Notes: generated from the sequence alone by a model not told the origin. A DNA stretch of 64,000 nucleotides from Salinispira sp. (GCA_965602015.1 OZ271918.1:2976001-3040000); one strand, 5' to 3'; positions 1-10,324 are shown, counted from the first letter of the stretch. Made by a program: numbers and translations.

Positions 1-92
1 TGAATGACCGAGCTGACGCCCTGAACCGCATGGACCTCGGTCTTTCCGAGGGGATAGATCTTATGAACTTCCTTGAGTTCAACAATTGACAT
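1..92 (-). CDS. ABC transporter ATP-binding protein (LolD/MacB-like), N-terminal fragment running off the window
   Basis: Not in the ORF track. Manual translation from ATG at 92 gives MSIVELKEVHKIYPLGKTEVHAVQGVSSVI, a typical LolD/MacB N-terminus. An AAGGAG SD lies upstream. Confidence 0.8.
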   Translation of the reverse strand, partial: MSIVELKEVHKIYPLGKTEVHAVQGVSSVI

Positions 93-250
93 AGATGCTC
101 CTTCCAGGCCGAAACCCCCGCCAGTAATGCGGAGAACAGCATTTCGCAAAATTACGTTATGATTGGTACTCTTCGCAGTATAAAATATTCATAAAAAAGG
201 TCGACGCCCACTTTATTCGAGGGACATTGGGGCCTATGAAGATGAGAATT

Positions 251-1069
251 TCATGAAAACCTGCGCAGACGTACTCCGGCAGGTTCTTCGAGTTCGGCAG
301 GAAGTGAACCGGACAGATTGAGGACTGCCCTCCAGGACCGGGGAAGTCCGCTGCAGATTTCAATCCGCTCCGCTTTAGAAGGATGATTGAGGGACAGTTT
401 CCAGGAACGCAGATACATCCGCGGCATGCCGGCCTCGCTCTGCCCGTACAGCTCGGCCACCTGGGGAATGGAGGCGAACTCCCGGTTCACCGGCTTCCAG
501 CCATGCTGGGAATCCCCGATTATCGGTTTTCCCAGGACCTCGCAGTGTATTCTGGCCTGATGGGTCCTGCCGGTAAAAAGCTCGACTGACAACAGACAGA
601 GATCCATTCCCCGAACAGAGAAGTTCAGCATCCCGCTGATCCTGCTGACCGCCGGCTGCTTCTCCCCGTTTCCCCCCTGACGGACCGGAACCGTCACCTC
701 GGCCTCGTCGGCCATGTGCCCGGCGCAGAGAGCAAGGTACTGCTTCCGCACTGAGAGCGGCGGCGTTCCGCCTTGCATCCCGCCTGTGCCGGGATCCGGC
801 GCGCCGGAGGAAAACAGTTCGCCCATTTCCCGGGCGCTTGCCTTGTCCAGACAAAATGCAATAGCGCCGCTGGTTTCCCGGTCCAGACGGTGCGCCGGGA
901 ACACCCGGGCATGCATTCTGCCTGAAAGGCTGTTGACCAGAGACGGGGTCTTCCGGTCGTACTGATTCGGATGGGTCAGCATGCCCGCCGGCTTGTCGAC
1001 AATAAGGAGAGCAGAGTCCCGGTACAGCAGGGGTATTGTAATTGGCGGCTTTTTTACTTTTTTAGTCAT
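251..1069 (-). CDS. RluA/TruC-family pseudouridine synthase
   Basis: Motifs VDKPAGM, HRLDRETSG (catalytic Asp), TGRTHQAR and PIIGD. Confidence 0.9.
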   Translation of the reverse strand: MTKKVKKPPITIPLLYRDSALLIVDKPAGMLTHPNQYDRKTPSLVNSLSGRMHARVFPAHRLDRETSGAIAFCLDKASAREMGELFSSGAPDPGTGGMQGGTPPLSVRKQYLALCAGHMADEAEVTVPVRQGGNGEKQPAVSRISGMLNFSVRGMDLCLLSVELFTGRTHQARIHCEVLGKPIIGDSQHGWKPVNREFASIPQVAELYGQSEAGMPRMYLRSWKLSLNHPSKAERIEICSGLPRSWRAVLNLSGSLPAELEEPAGVRLRRFS

Positions 1070-1717
1070 TTAATCTGTAAAATCCTGCACTGGTTTAATT
1101 TCGGCAGTTACAATAACTCCTTCAATGATCCCCCCAGCAATCTCTTCAAGACTCATAAACGGAAGCTGATCCGGATCTACGGTCCCCCCCTGCGTACTTA
1201 ATATTACAAAAAACGGCCGTTCATCTCCATGGAGGTCCAGTCTGCCGGGGTAGCCCTGTACCCTAAACGACGAGCTCCGAAAAAAATCGATAGTTTTGCT
1301 GGAAATGGACGAAGAACCATCTTGCAACACCGCCGCAGTAAAATGGATTGGACCACCGGCTGGCTCATCGTTGTTGTCCTCCCGTATAGAAATCAGGACC
1401 TGATGCCCCGGCCTCATGTATGCAAAGAGTCCCGGTACATCGCTTGTAGCGAGCAGGGACCCGCTGACCACATATGCCCGAAATACCGCAAGCGCCGCCG
1501 ACTCGGATTCGAGGGTATAAGTACGGGCATACAGAGTGAGGGGAACCGAATATGCAAGGAAGCGTTCGAATTCACTGTACTCCCGGAGAACCAAGCCGTC
1601 TCCTCCTGCGATATTAGAATATGTAGAGCATGAGGTGAGGCCAAAAGCTGTGACCATATAAAGCAGGAAAAAAACTGCCAACCGTGGTTTTGAAAATTTT
1701 TGCCGGCCATAGCTCAT
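1070..1717 (-). CDS. hypothetical lipoprotein
   Basis: Start moved to ATG 1717, which has AAGGTGG upstream. The N-terminus is basic then hydrophobic and ends in the lipobox LTSC. The ORF abuts the RluA gene. Confidence 0.6.
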   Translation of the reverse strand: MSYGRQKFSKPRLAVFFLLYMVTAFGLTSCSTYSNIAGGDGLVLREYSEFERFLAYSVPLTLYARTYTLESESAALAVFRAYVVSGSLLATSDVPGLFAYMRPGHQVLISIREDNNDEPAGGPIHFTAAVLQDGSSSISSKTIDFFRSSSFRVQGYPGRLDLHGDERPFFVILSTQGGTVDPDQLPFMSLEEIAGGIIEGVIVTAEIKPVQDFTD

Positions 1718-1891
1718 TAACGCCACCTTTTCTATTCGTGTAATTTTAAGCGCTAGGGTATTTCCAAGCGCCCGGTACTTATCCATTATATCCACAGATA
1801 CCTGCGGGGCAATATGACCGTTACATGTAGCAAAATGATATCGTATACTTCACGGGGTTACCTGAGTATTTTACCTGTCGAAGAGGCATAC

Positions 1892-3406
1892 ATGAGAAAA
1901 AGAAACGGCTTTTTAGCCGGGAAGCTGCCCGAAACCAAACTTGTGATGGGCTATACCAGCTACGCAATTGTCGGGGTGATACTTCTGTCACTTCCCTGGT
2001 CCACCAGCACCGCCGTCGGTTTCCTTGACAATATTTTTATCACAATATCGGCGATATCCACCACGGGACTTGCGACAGTCAGCGTGCCCGATAGCTACTC
2101 GTTTATCGGACAGCTGTTTATCCTCATCCTCATCCAATTGGGCGGAATCGGATATATGACATTCGGCTCTTTTGTAGTTCTATCGACGAGCCAAAACTTG
2201 AGTAGCGAACGAAAGACTGTACACCGGACCGCTTTCAGCCTGCCCAAACACTTCAGCATTAAAAAATTCGTCAAAAGCATTGTGATATATACATCTGCAA
2301 TAGAAGCGATCGGCGCCATTGTGCTTGCAATCATTTTTTGGAATGACGGCAGGGCAAACCCCGTTTGGAGCGGCATCTTCCACAGTATTTCCTCATTTTG
2401 CACGGCGGGTTTTAGTATCTATCAAAACAGCTTCGAGAACTATGCAGATAATATTCCGCTGAATATCACCGTGGCGGCTCTGAGTTTTCTCGGTGCGGTG
2501 GGATACATCGTGATGGTCGATGTGTGGCTATTGCTCAAAGGCGATCGAAAATCCATAACCTTTACCAGCAAGATTATCCTGGGCACCACCTTCGCATTGT
2601 TTTTTATGGGCAGCGCTTTGCTGCTCCTCGATTATGCCGTGAGCGGCAACAGCGGCTCCGGCGCATTGCTGCGCTCTCTTTTTCAGGCGATGACCGCGTT
2701 GACCACTGTGGGATTTAATACGGTTTTACTTGCCGACATGCGGTCCTTTTCGCTCTTTGTTCTCATGATTTTGATGATCATCGGGGCCTCACCGTCCGGC
2801 ACGGGAGGCGGAGTAAAATCAACTACCATCAGCGGCATTATCGGAATCATTCACAGCGTTTTTTCGAAGAACAAGGAATACATCCGGTATAGAAACGGGG
2901 TAGAGGAATCACAAGCGCCTGCACAAAAAAACACGATTTTCTCCCGGCTCCGGGCATTTCTCGGTAAAAAAGCTCCTGCCAACGGTGATAGCGCATCGGA
3001 GGAAACCGGGACCGGAGGGAAGGACGGTGATTCCGAGGAAGAGCTCAGCCATCTCTTGGGCAATATCTACAAAATAAAGCTGCTCGGCCGTGCGATTCCT
3101 TTTGAACGAATAATTCACGCCATGGCGACATTCTCATTTTACTTTCTTATACTTTTCCTCGGAACCCTGGCCTTACTGCTCAGCGAATCCCATGATTTCG
3201 AGCAGATTTTTTTTGAGGCGGCTTCCGGCCTCGGGACCGTGGGCTTGAGCACAGGTATAACCGGAGATTTGTCAGGTGTTGGAAAAGTAATTATCAGCAT
3301 TCTTATGTTCATAGGCAGACTCGGGCCGATAACCTTTGGAGTCTATCTATTCTCCGGTGTACCGGATAGCGAACCTGAGAATGAAAATGAAGATTTGGTA
3401 ATATAG
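1892..3406 (+). CDS. TrkH/KtrB-family potassium uptake membrane protein
   Basis: Four pore-loop motifs (STTGL, CTAGF, TTVGF, GTVGL), GASPSGTGGGVK and C-terminal MFIGRLGP. The likely start is ATG 1892. Confidence 0.9.
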   Translation: MRKRNGFLAGKLPETKLVMGYTSYAIVGVILLSLPWSTSTAVGFLDNIFITISAISTTGLATVSVPDSYSFIGQLFILILIQLGGIGYMTFGSFVVLSTSQNLSSERKTVHRTAFSLPKHFSIKKFVKSIVIYTSAIEAIGAIVLAIIFWNDGRANPVWSGIFHSISSFCTAGFSIYQNSFENYADNIPLNITVAALSFLGAVGYIVMVDVWLLLKGDRKSITFTSKIILGTTFALFFMGSALLLLDYAVSGNSGSGALLRSLFQAMTALTTVGFNTVLLADMRSFSLFVLMILMIIGASPSGTGGGVKSTTISGIIGIIHSVFSKNKEYIRYRNGVEESQAPAQKNTIFSRLRAFLGKKAPANGDSASEETGTGGKDGDSEEELSHLLGNIYKIKLLGRAIPFERIIHAMATFSFYFLILFLGTLALLLSESHDFEQIFFEAASGLGTVGLSTGITGDLSGVGKVIISILMFIGRLGPITFGVYLFSGVPDSEPENENEDLVI

Positions 3407-3410
3407 AAAT

Positions 3411-3435
3411 AAAAAACCCCGCCGGACGGCGGGGT
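3411..3435 (-). terminator. intrinsic terminator downstream of the DUF2147-like gene
   Basis: Minus strand reads ACCCCGCC-GTCC-GGCGGGGT followed by a T-run. Confidence 0.75.
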
Positions 3436-3511
3436 CGGAGCAATATTCCAGGCTTAAGATTCTTCGATTGATGCCGTTGCAGTCAGCAACTCCGGCGCCC
3501 GGAAGCCCTGA

Positions 3512-4030
3512 TTACTCCCGGTAGCTTTCCACTTCCGCTGCGCTGGAACGGGCCCAGTACTGGGAACGGGAGAAAATCGCTATTTTCCCTTTCACCTCGA
3601 GGGTTTCCTGTCCGTCGATGGCTCGGCGGTGGCTGCCCGGGAGAAAATTCACGTCCAGGGCATAGCGCCTCCCGTCATTGGGGTCGATTATGAATCCCCT
3701 GGTCCATTCGCCTTCGCTTCTTCGGGGCTCGAGATTATATATCCAGGACACGCCGATTACCGGAAGGGTGTTCAATGGCCGGGATTCCGGGTGGCCGTCA
3801 TATCTGGCATCAACTTTTTCCGCGATGGTGTCTTCGGGTCTTCCGATGAGTTTGACGATTCTCCCGAAGGCCATGCCGTCCTCCAAATAGATTTCCCAAA
3901 ATGCCGTGGGCTCGCCTTCTTCATCTACGCTCTTCCAAAACCCCTCAATAGGATCGGCGGTCAACGCGGCGATGGACGCAATCATCAGTACTATTCCCGT
4001 GACAATGACTCGCAGTGCTTTGTGCTTCAT
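3512..4030 (-). CDS. secreted DUF2147-like protein
   Basis: Signal peptide, then ADPIEGFWKSVD, GRIVK, W-x2-G-x-IIDPNDG-x2-Y and C-terminal RSQYW. Confidence 0.75.
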   Translation of the reverse strand: MKHKALRVIVTGIVLMIASIAALTADPIEGFWKSVDEEGEPTAFWEIYLEDGMAFGRIVKLIGRPEDTIAEKVDARYDGHPESRPLNTLPVIGVSWIYNLEPRRSEGEWTRGFIIDPNDGRRYALDVNFLPGSHRRAIDGQETLEVKGKIAIFSRSQYWARSSAAEVESYRE

Positions 4031-4131
4031 GAATAACCTCGCTGCTTCCTAGTATTTTTGATCATTATACTATGTCTTTGTGCAAAATGAGAAAAAACCA
4101 TAGCTATCGCATTCCCGAATACGGATTGTGC

Positions 4132-6228
4132 TTATTTCGGGCGCCTTGTCGGGTTGACCCGCCGCGAGGGGGCGGCCAGCAGGTTCTGCCTCCCCGCACC
4201 GCGGTCATCGAGCTTGAAGCGCCCAAGCATTTGATCCAGGACTTTCGCCTGCCCCGAGAGCTCCTCTGCCGCTGCCGAACTTTCTTCGGCGCTGGCGGTG
4301 TTGGATTGGGTTACCTGCTCGATCTGCTCGAGAGCCTCGGTTATCTGATTCAGCCCGGTGGTCTGCTCGCTGCTGGCCTGGGAAATTTCCTGCAACAGCA
4401 CCGAAACCTGTTCGCTGCCGTTGAGAATACTTCCCAGCTGCCCGGCGGTCTGCTGCACCAGTTCATCGCCTTGACGAATATTCCTTAATGCGGTTTCCAC
4501 CATTGCCCCGGTTTCCTTCACGGCTTCTGCGCTGCGATTTGCCAGGTTCCTCACCTCATCAGCGACCACGGCGAAACCCTTGCCGTATTTTCCGCTGCGG
4601 GCAGCTTCCACATTGGCATTGAGGGCCAGCAGGTTGGTCTGAAAGGCGATGTCATCGATCACCTTCACAATGCGCTGAATCTCCTTTGATGATTCGGTGA
4701 TCGCCTCCATGGCGCTCACCAGCTCAATCATCTGATTATTCCCCGTTCGGGCGTCTTCCGCCGATCGGGTAGCAATGACATTGGCTTCCTTTGCGTTATC
4801 TGAATTCTGCTGGCTTTGGGAGTTTATTTCCGTGAGAGAGCTGCTGATTTCTTCCAGGCTGGCAGCCTGTTCGGTGGCTCCCTGGCTCAGGTTCTGACTC
4901 GACTGGGCAATTTGATCGGCGGAAATGCTCACCTGATTGGAAGCCATCTGTATTTCCCTGAGCACCTCGCTCATCGAGGTTTTCATTTGCAGAAGGGCTT
5001 CGCCCAGTCCGTCTGAATCAGAGGCCTTATCCACATCAAGGGCGAAGTTCCCGTCGCCTATTTCAGTAAGCTGTTGGGCCTTCACCTTCAGCTCGGAAAC
5101 CATCTGATACACAGACTGGTAAACCCCGCGGATGTTTTTATCATTCTTAAATTCAATTTCCAGATCTCCCAGGCTGACCTTCTGGGCCACATCCTCAAGC
5201 ACCATCGGATCGATTCCGAGCTGACTGAGAATAGAGGCGGTGGTGATTACCGCCATCAGCACAGCGAGCAGAATTGCGCCGCCGGAAATGAGGGCGACCA
5301 GCAGAATTACCGAGCGGACCGAAGCCTCCATGCCGTCGATTGCGCTATTGGCCCTGGTTTGGAAATACCCGACCACCGTTGCAAGTTCCTGCTGGGTGCT
5401 TGCCAAAGCCGGGACCGTACGGCCGGAAAAATCCGCCAAGGCCTGAGTCTGACCCGCCCGGATACCGTCCAGATAGGAGATCGTGCTGTTTTTTACCTGT
5501 TCCAGAATCGTCAACTGAGGCATTATCCGGGTGCTGAACAGCTGGTTTGCAGCCTGAACGGAACCGGCTGCCACGAGCTCGGTGATTTGCCCGGCGGCGG
5601 AGTACAAGCGTTCGTGGGGCTCCTCCCACTGAGCCAGTAGCTCGGCAAACAGGGGATCATCTGTGGTGTACGAATAGTACCACGTACCAAAATCCCCGCC
5701 CCGGGGGTCCAGACCGCCGGTGAACTCGGTGCCGCTGATAATGCTGTTGCTTAAATCCTTCACCCATTCGAGATGATAGATCCAGCCGCTCACCAGCGCG
5801 TCATAACCGGCCCGATCGAATTCGCTGTACTGCTGGTCAATGGCAATGGCGGATTTATGCAGTTCTTCATGGGGCACCTTGAGCCTTTCCACCAGGGACG
5901 CAAGCTGGGGACTATTTGCCGCGAGGGCTTCCAACTCGCCGCCGTAAATCCAGCGGCCCAGACTGCATTGGGTGTGATCGGTCTCGACGCTCACCTCGTG
6001 AACATGATCGTTCAGGAAGAGTTCAGTAAGCCCCTGAACCCAGTTGAGATGATCGATTTCCTTGCTTATGGCGAAAATCCGGTTTTCCGTTTCCACGACC
6101 ATCCGCCGGTTTTCGTTTCTCAAATCGATAAATCTGGTCAGGCTGAGGGCGCTGAGAACAATGAGAAACAACAGCACCACGCCGAATCCGACTATGAGCT
6201 TGGCTCTGAGACTGAACTTGGAAAACAT
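4132..6228 (-). CDS. methyl-accepting chemotaxis protein with two CZB-like domains between the TM helices
   Basis: Two TM helices, a HAMP region and the hairpin motif [40 protein letters not shown] ligands are H60, C88, H120 and H124. Confidence 0.92.
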   Translation of the reverse strand: MFSKFSLRAKLIVGFGVVLLFLIVLSALSLTRFIDLRNENRRMVVETENRIFAISKEIDHLNWVQGLTELFLNDHVHEVSVETDHTQCSLGRWIYGGELEALAANSPQLASLVERLKVPHEELHKSAIAIDQQYSEFDRAGYDALVSGWIYHLEWVKDLSNSIISGTEFTGGLDPRGGDFGTWYYSYTTDDPLFAELLAQWEEPHERLYSAAGQITELVAAGSVQAANQLFSTRIMPQLTILEQVKNSTISYLDGIRAGQTQALADFSGRTVPALASTQQELATVVGYFQTRANSAIDGMEASVRSVILLVALISGGAILLAVLMAVITTASILSQLGIDPMVLEDVAQKVSLGDLEIEFKNDKNIRGVYQSVYQMVSELKVKAQQLTEIGDGNFALDVDKASDSDGLGEALLQMKTSMSEVLREIQMASNQVSISADQIAQSSQNLSQGATEQAASLEEISSSLTEINSQSQQNSDNAKEANVIATRSAEDARTGNNQMIELVSAMEAITESSKEIQRIVKVIDDIAFQTNLLALNANVEAARSGKYGKGFAVVADEVRNLANRSAEAVKETGAMVETALRNIRQGDELVQQTAGQLGSILNGSEQVSVLLQEISQASSEQTTGLNQITEALEQIEQVTQSNTASAEESSAAAEELSGQAKVLDQMLGRFKLDDRGAGRQNLLAAPSRRVNPTRRPK

Positions 6229-6450
6229 CCGCGCACCTCCGTGGGCATAGCTGAGTGCCCGGAAGCTTGTTGAAGATCGGCAATAGCCCCTATATACAGC
6301 GCTAACGACGGATCAACATCGCCGTATACAGCGGACCGGAAAAAAAACCACAGGCTTCCGGGCACCCCGAAAGTATAAAACCTCAATACAATACAGTATT
6401 GTCCAGGGAGGCGAATAAATCAAACAATTAATAGTTAAATATTTATCGGT

Positions 6451-8772
6451 TTACGTTTTCTGACCGTCCGCCCCATTATCTGGATCACCGGTTTCCGGGG
6501 AATCGAGTTCCAGTACTTCGAGGTCGGCTACGCTGGCTTCCCGGTCGGCGTCGAGTTCGTCGAGCAGTCGGGATTCGGCCTCCAGGTTCTCCGGGGGTAC
6601 ATTTGAGGGTAGGTCGGCTTCGGGGACAAACGCCTGCGGGCCCGGGGGCCTGGTGTCCGTTGTGTCTTCGCCGTAAGCTGCTTCAGCGCCGGAATCTCCG
6701 TCTTCGCGGGGTAGGGCTGCATCATTCTCTTCCTCGGAATCATCAGCGGCCTCGGAATTATCATCGGCCACGGAATTATCAGCGACATCGGAATTATCAA
6801 CGGCACCGGAATCCTTCGGCTGATCAGCTGTGCCGTCCCCTTGGCCTTCGTCCTGACCGTCTCCCTGACCGTCGCCTTTTAGGTCTGCCGGATCGTCGAG
6901 ATTGATATCGCCGGTATCGCGGATTTCATTGCCTTCGGCGTCGAGCTCGGGCAGGGTGAAGGAGGAAACCGCGACCTTCAGGGCCTTGGCCTTGTCCTGC
7001 AGACCGACGTTGAGGTCGGCTATTGAGGTGACCGCATCGGTAATCTCTCCGACCGACTGGGTTATTTCGCGGAATCCGTTGCTGATCTCCTCTCCCACAT
7101 GCTTGAGCTCGTCGAGTTCGGTGCTCATCTGGGCGGCCGAATCCTTGATGTCCTCGGACTGGCTCACCGCGCTGGCGCTCAGGTCGTCGACCTCCGAAAT
7201 ATGGCTTCGGACGTCGTTCACCGTTCCGGTCATATCGTCCACGCTGGTGCCGATCTCGCCGAAGGCGCTCACCAGACCGTTGATTTCCGATTCGAAATGA
7301 GCGAAGGACTCCTGGGTGCCCCGGGAAGCCCGAGAGACCTGGTTCAGCGAATTGATAATTCCGCTCATCATGTCCCTCATGGTTGAAGACTGTTCCCCGG
7401 TGCTCAATGCGAGGGCGCGAATTTCATCGGCAACTACGGAAAATCCCTTTCCGGCATCCCCGGCCCGTGCAGCCTGAATGGCGGCATTCATTGAGAGGAT
7501 ACTGGTCTGCTCGGCGATCTCGTTAATGCCGGTGAGTATTTTCCCCATATTCTGGCTGGATTCTTCGACGCTTTGGATGCTTTGAACCATCTCCCGGATT
7601 TCCGCGATGCGCTCGGCGCTCATTCGCCCCAGATGCTCCGCCCGTTCACGCCGCTGACTGCTCAGCTCGGAAATTCGTCCGAAAGCCTTGAGCAGCTGAT
7701 CAATGAGTTCCGCCGTCAATTCGAAAGCCTGACGGGTTTTGTGGAAGCCCTGATTCAGATCGCTGATGGACGAGCTTACCTGGGCATTTTCATCGGCGGA
7801 GCTGTTCAGGCTCTCGCTGACTTTTTGAATCTGAAGCGCCATCGAGCTGATGTTGCTGGAAATCTGGGTTATTGCTGCGGCAGTTTCCTGGGTGATGGAC
7901 GACAGATCGCCGCCGACTTCCACGGTATCGCCGCTCATTTCATTGGCGACCTTGAGCCGCCGGGAGAATGACAGTCGCAGGATTTCCAGGGATTTGCTGA
8001 TACTGGTGATTTCGTCCCGGCCCCACACGGGCACCGGCTGACTGAGATCTTTCTCCGCCATGACTTGTACGGATTCCAGAAGGCTCCTGATGCTCTTGGA
8101 CACGCCGCTGACGATGCCGATTATCACCATCAAAACGGCAATGAGCAGGACGATGTTCACCCCAGAGGCGATAAAGGTGATGTTTCGGGACCGCCGGGTA
8201 AGGAGGGAGTTCACCTCGTTGAAGATTTCGGTAAACTGATCCCTGGCCAACTCGTACCCGAAGATGTAACTGTTCACCTTGCTGGAAAACTCGCTTAACA
8301 GAAAAATCTGAAAGCTGGTGAGCCTGTCGTGATTACGCAGGATATAGGAAAACAGGGTCGTTCCGGTAATCTGGTTCAACCCGTTGGTCACAAAAATCTG
8401 CTGCATGTCCAGCTCAAGCCTGCTGGTATTTGCCCTCAGAATAGCCTTGATGTTGTCGATTGCAAGCAGGCTCTCGTCAATCGCCGGGGACAAGCTTCTG
8501 ATGAATTCTATTTCGCTGATAATCGAAAACGCCGCATCGGTCTCGGCAATTACTTCCAGAAATACCCTGGGGTAGCGGTTCATATCGTCCGCCAGGATTG
8601 CCAACATTTTTTCCGATTCGTTGTATATCTGAAGCTGAAGCTCGGTGAGCTTGGCTACATCTTCCTGAGCCCTGATCTGCAGATTCCGGATAAAAAACGT
8701 GGTAAAAAGCAGGGATGCGGCGAGAATGACCACCAGGAAAATGATAATTATTAAGCGTGCGCGTATGGACAT
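6451..8772 (-). CDS. methyl-accepting chemotaxis protein with a long acidic C-terminal tail
   Basis: Two TM helices, HAMP (GRDEI) and IAEQTSILSMNAAIQAARAGDAGKGFSVVADEIRALA, followed by a ~165-aa D/E/G-rich tail. Confidence 0.9.
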   Translation of the reverse strand: MSIRARLIIIIFLVVILAASLLFTTFFIRNLQIRAQEDVAKLTELQLQIYNESEKMLAILADDMNRYPRVFLEVIAETDAAFSIISEIEFIRSLSPAIDESLLAIDNIKAILRANTSRLELDMQQIFVTNGLNQITGTTLFSYILRNHDRLTSFQIFLLSEFSSKVNSYIFGYELARDQFTEIFNEVNSLLTRRSRNITFIASGVNIVLLIAVLMVIIGIVSGVSKSIRSLLESVQVMAEKDLSQPVPVWGRDEITSISKSLEILRLSFSRRLKVANEMSGDTVEVGGDLSSITQETAAAITQISSNISSMALQIQKVSESLNSSADENAQVSSSISDLNQGFHKTRQAFELTAELIDQLLKAFGRISELSSQRRERAEHLGRMSAERIAEIREMVQSIQSVEESSQNMGKILTGINEIAEQTSILSMNAAIQAARAGDAGKGFSVVADEIRALALSTGEQSSTMRDMMSGIINSLNQVSRASRGTQESFAHFESEINGLVSAFGEIGTSVDDMTGTVNDVRSHISEVDDLSASAVSQSEDIKDSAAQMSTELDELKHVGEEISNGFREITQSVGEITDAVTSIADLNVGLQDKAKALKVAVSSFTLPELDAEGNEIRDTGDINLDDPADLKGDGQGDGQDEGQGDGTADQPKDSGAVDNSDVADNSVADDNSEAADDSEEENDAALPREDGDSGAEAAYGEDTTDTRPPGPQAFVPEADLPSNVPPENLEAESRLLDELDADREASVADLEVLELDSPETGDPDNGADGQKT
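6733..6814. repeat. in-frame 18-bp tandem repeat (~4.5 copies) in the MCP tail
   Basis: Units ctcggaatcatcagcggc / ctcggaattatcatcggc / cacggaattatcagcgac / atcggaattatcaacggc encode (A/V)DNSxx-like hexapeptides. Confidence 0.85.
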
Positions 8773-8895
8773 ATGGACACCTTTTGTTGTGATTGCGGCA
8801 ATTTTTACATTCGATGCACGGCGGTACTTCGCGAAGTCCGCAGTGCTAATTATTTCGCTGCACAGATTTTATGTGAAAAAACCGTTAATACTGCA

Positions 8896-8924
8896 ATTAT
8901 AGTCGGCACTTATGGATAACTCAA
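8896..8924 (-). promoter_or_regulatory. sigma70-type promoter of the second MCP
   Basis: Minus strand TTGAGT-N17-TATAAT. Confidence 0.7.
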
Positions 8925-10324
8925 GATTTTTCGCGGAGCTCAAGAAGCATAACGGTCTCCACGTGAGGGGTCTGCGGACTCATATCGACCCCGCGGTAGC
9001 GAAGAACCCGGTACTTTACAAGCAGCACCGACAGATCCCGCCCGAGTGAAACCGGGTTGCAGCTCACATAGACAAGACGGCGGGGAGAACAGCGGACAAT
9101 GGTAGACAGTACGTCGGGGTGCATGCCTGCCCGGGGAGGATCGCAAATCATCACATCGGGACTCCCGTGTTCATCGATGAACTGCGCGTTCAACACGTCC
9201 TTCATGTCTCCGGCATAGAAACGGCAGTTCCCGATGCCGTTTAGCCTAGCATTGATGCGGGCGTCGGCCACCGCTTCCTCGACGTATTCGATTCCGATGA
9301 GCGAGGCAGCTTTCTCAGCCAGATACAGGGCGATGCTTCCGGTACCGGTATACAAATCGTACACCACTTCATTGCCCTTCAAGTCGGCGTATTCCTTTAC
9401 CAGGTCGTATAGCCTGCGGGTCTGCTCGGGATTTACCTGAAAAAACGATTGGGGTCCGACGCGGAACCGGAGATCTCCCAAAACCTCGTAAATCGCCGTC
9501 TCACCTGCATAGTGATAGGCGGGGCAGTCGCCGTAGGCATCGTTCATCTTGCCGTTGATTATGTAATAGAGGCTTTTGATCTCGGGAAACTCGGTGCCCA
9601 GGCCTCCGAGTATATTGTCTACCGCATTCTGGTCCATTTCGTAGAGAACCAGGGAAACCATCACTTCGCCGGTGCCGCTTATACGGACAACCAGGGTGCG
9701 CAGCAGCCCTTCATGGTTTATGGGATCATGAAAGCTCCAGCCGCCGTCGATGGCCATCTGCCGAACCCGGTTGCGGATTCGGTCTGAAATCTCTTCCTGA
9801 TGAAAGCACTGATAGATATCCACTACCCGGTTATTTTGACGGGGGACGAAAAAACCAAGGGCCCGCCGGTCGCCCTGCTGGGCAGGATCGTCAAACCAGC
9901 GCCGGGTGGAAAAAGAAAACTCCAGCTTGTTGCGATACCGTATTTCACGGGGGCTGGGCAGGACCGGTGCCTCGGGTGCCGGAAGGCCGTCGTGCTGGGC
10001 CAGCGCTTTGGCCAGAATTTCACTCTTGTATCGCAGCTGGGCGGGGTATGCCGCATGCTGCCAGCTGCAGCCTCCGCAGGCGCTAAAATGCGGGCACCAG
10101 GGTTCGACCCTGTCGGGGCTGGGATGTATAAGAGATATCAGCCGGGCATCAAAGGCATTTTTACGCCGGCGAATTTCCTGCATTGCGGCTTCATCACCGG
10201 GTATCAGTACCGAGCTGTCTGCATATATATATCGCTCACCCACGGGCTCGGACGAAACGCTTCGTCCCTTCACGCTTATACCGTCGAAGCGCACGCTATC
10301 AAAGGTTTTTTTACTTCTGGCCAT
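8921..10324 (-). CDS. rlmD: 23S rRNA m5U1939 methyltransferase (RlmD/TrmA family)
   Basis: 4Fe-4S motif CPHFSACGGCSWQH, SFFQVN, DLYTGTGSI, DPPRAG, YVSCNP and PQTPHVE. Confidence 0.9.
   Translation of the reverse strand: MARSKKTFDSVRFDGISVKGRSVSSEPVGERYIYADSSVLIPGDEAAMQEIRRRKNAFDARLISLIHPSPDRVEPWCPHFSACGGCSWQHAAYPAQLRYKSEILAKALAQHDGLPAPEAPVLPSPREIRYRNKLEFSFSTRRWFDDPAQQGDRRALGFFVPRQNNRVVDIYQCFHQEEISDRIRNRVRQMAIDGGWSFHDPINHEGLLRTLVVRISGTGEVMVSLVLYEMDQNAVDNILGGLGTEFPEIKSLYYIINGKMNDAYGDCPAYHYAGETAIYEVLGDLRFRVGPQSFFQVNPEQTRRLYDLVKEYADLKGNEVVYDLYTGTGSIALYLAEKAASLIGIEYVEEAVADARINARLNGIGNCRFYAGDMKDVLNAQFIDEHGSPDVMICDPPRAGMHPDVLSTIVRCSPRRLVYVSCNPVSLGRDLSVLLVKYRVLRYRGVDMSPQTPHVETVMLLELREKS

Noticed and set aside
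8911..8919. DnaA-box-like TTATCCATA (similar 9-mers near 1780-1800 and 34708)
   Set aside because: These are isolated, mismatched copies with no cluster, DUE or dnaA gene, so this is not an origin.
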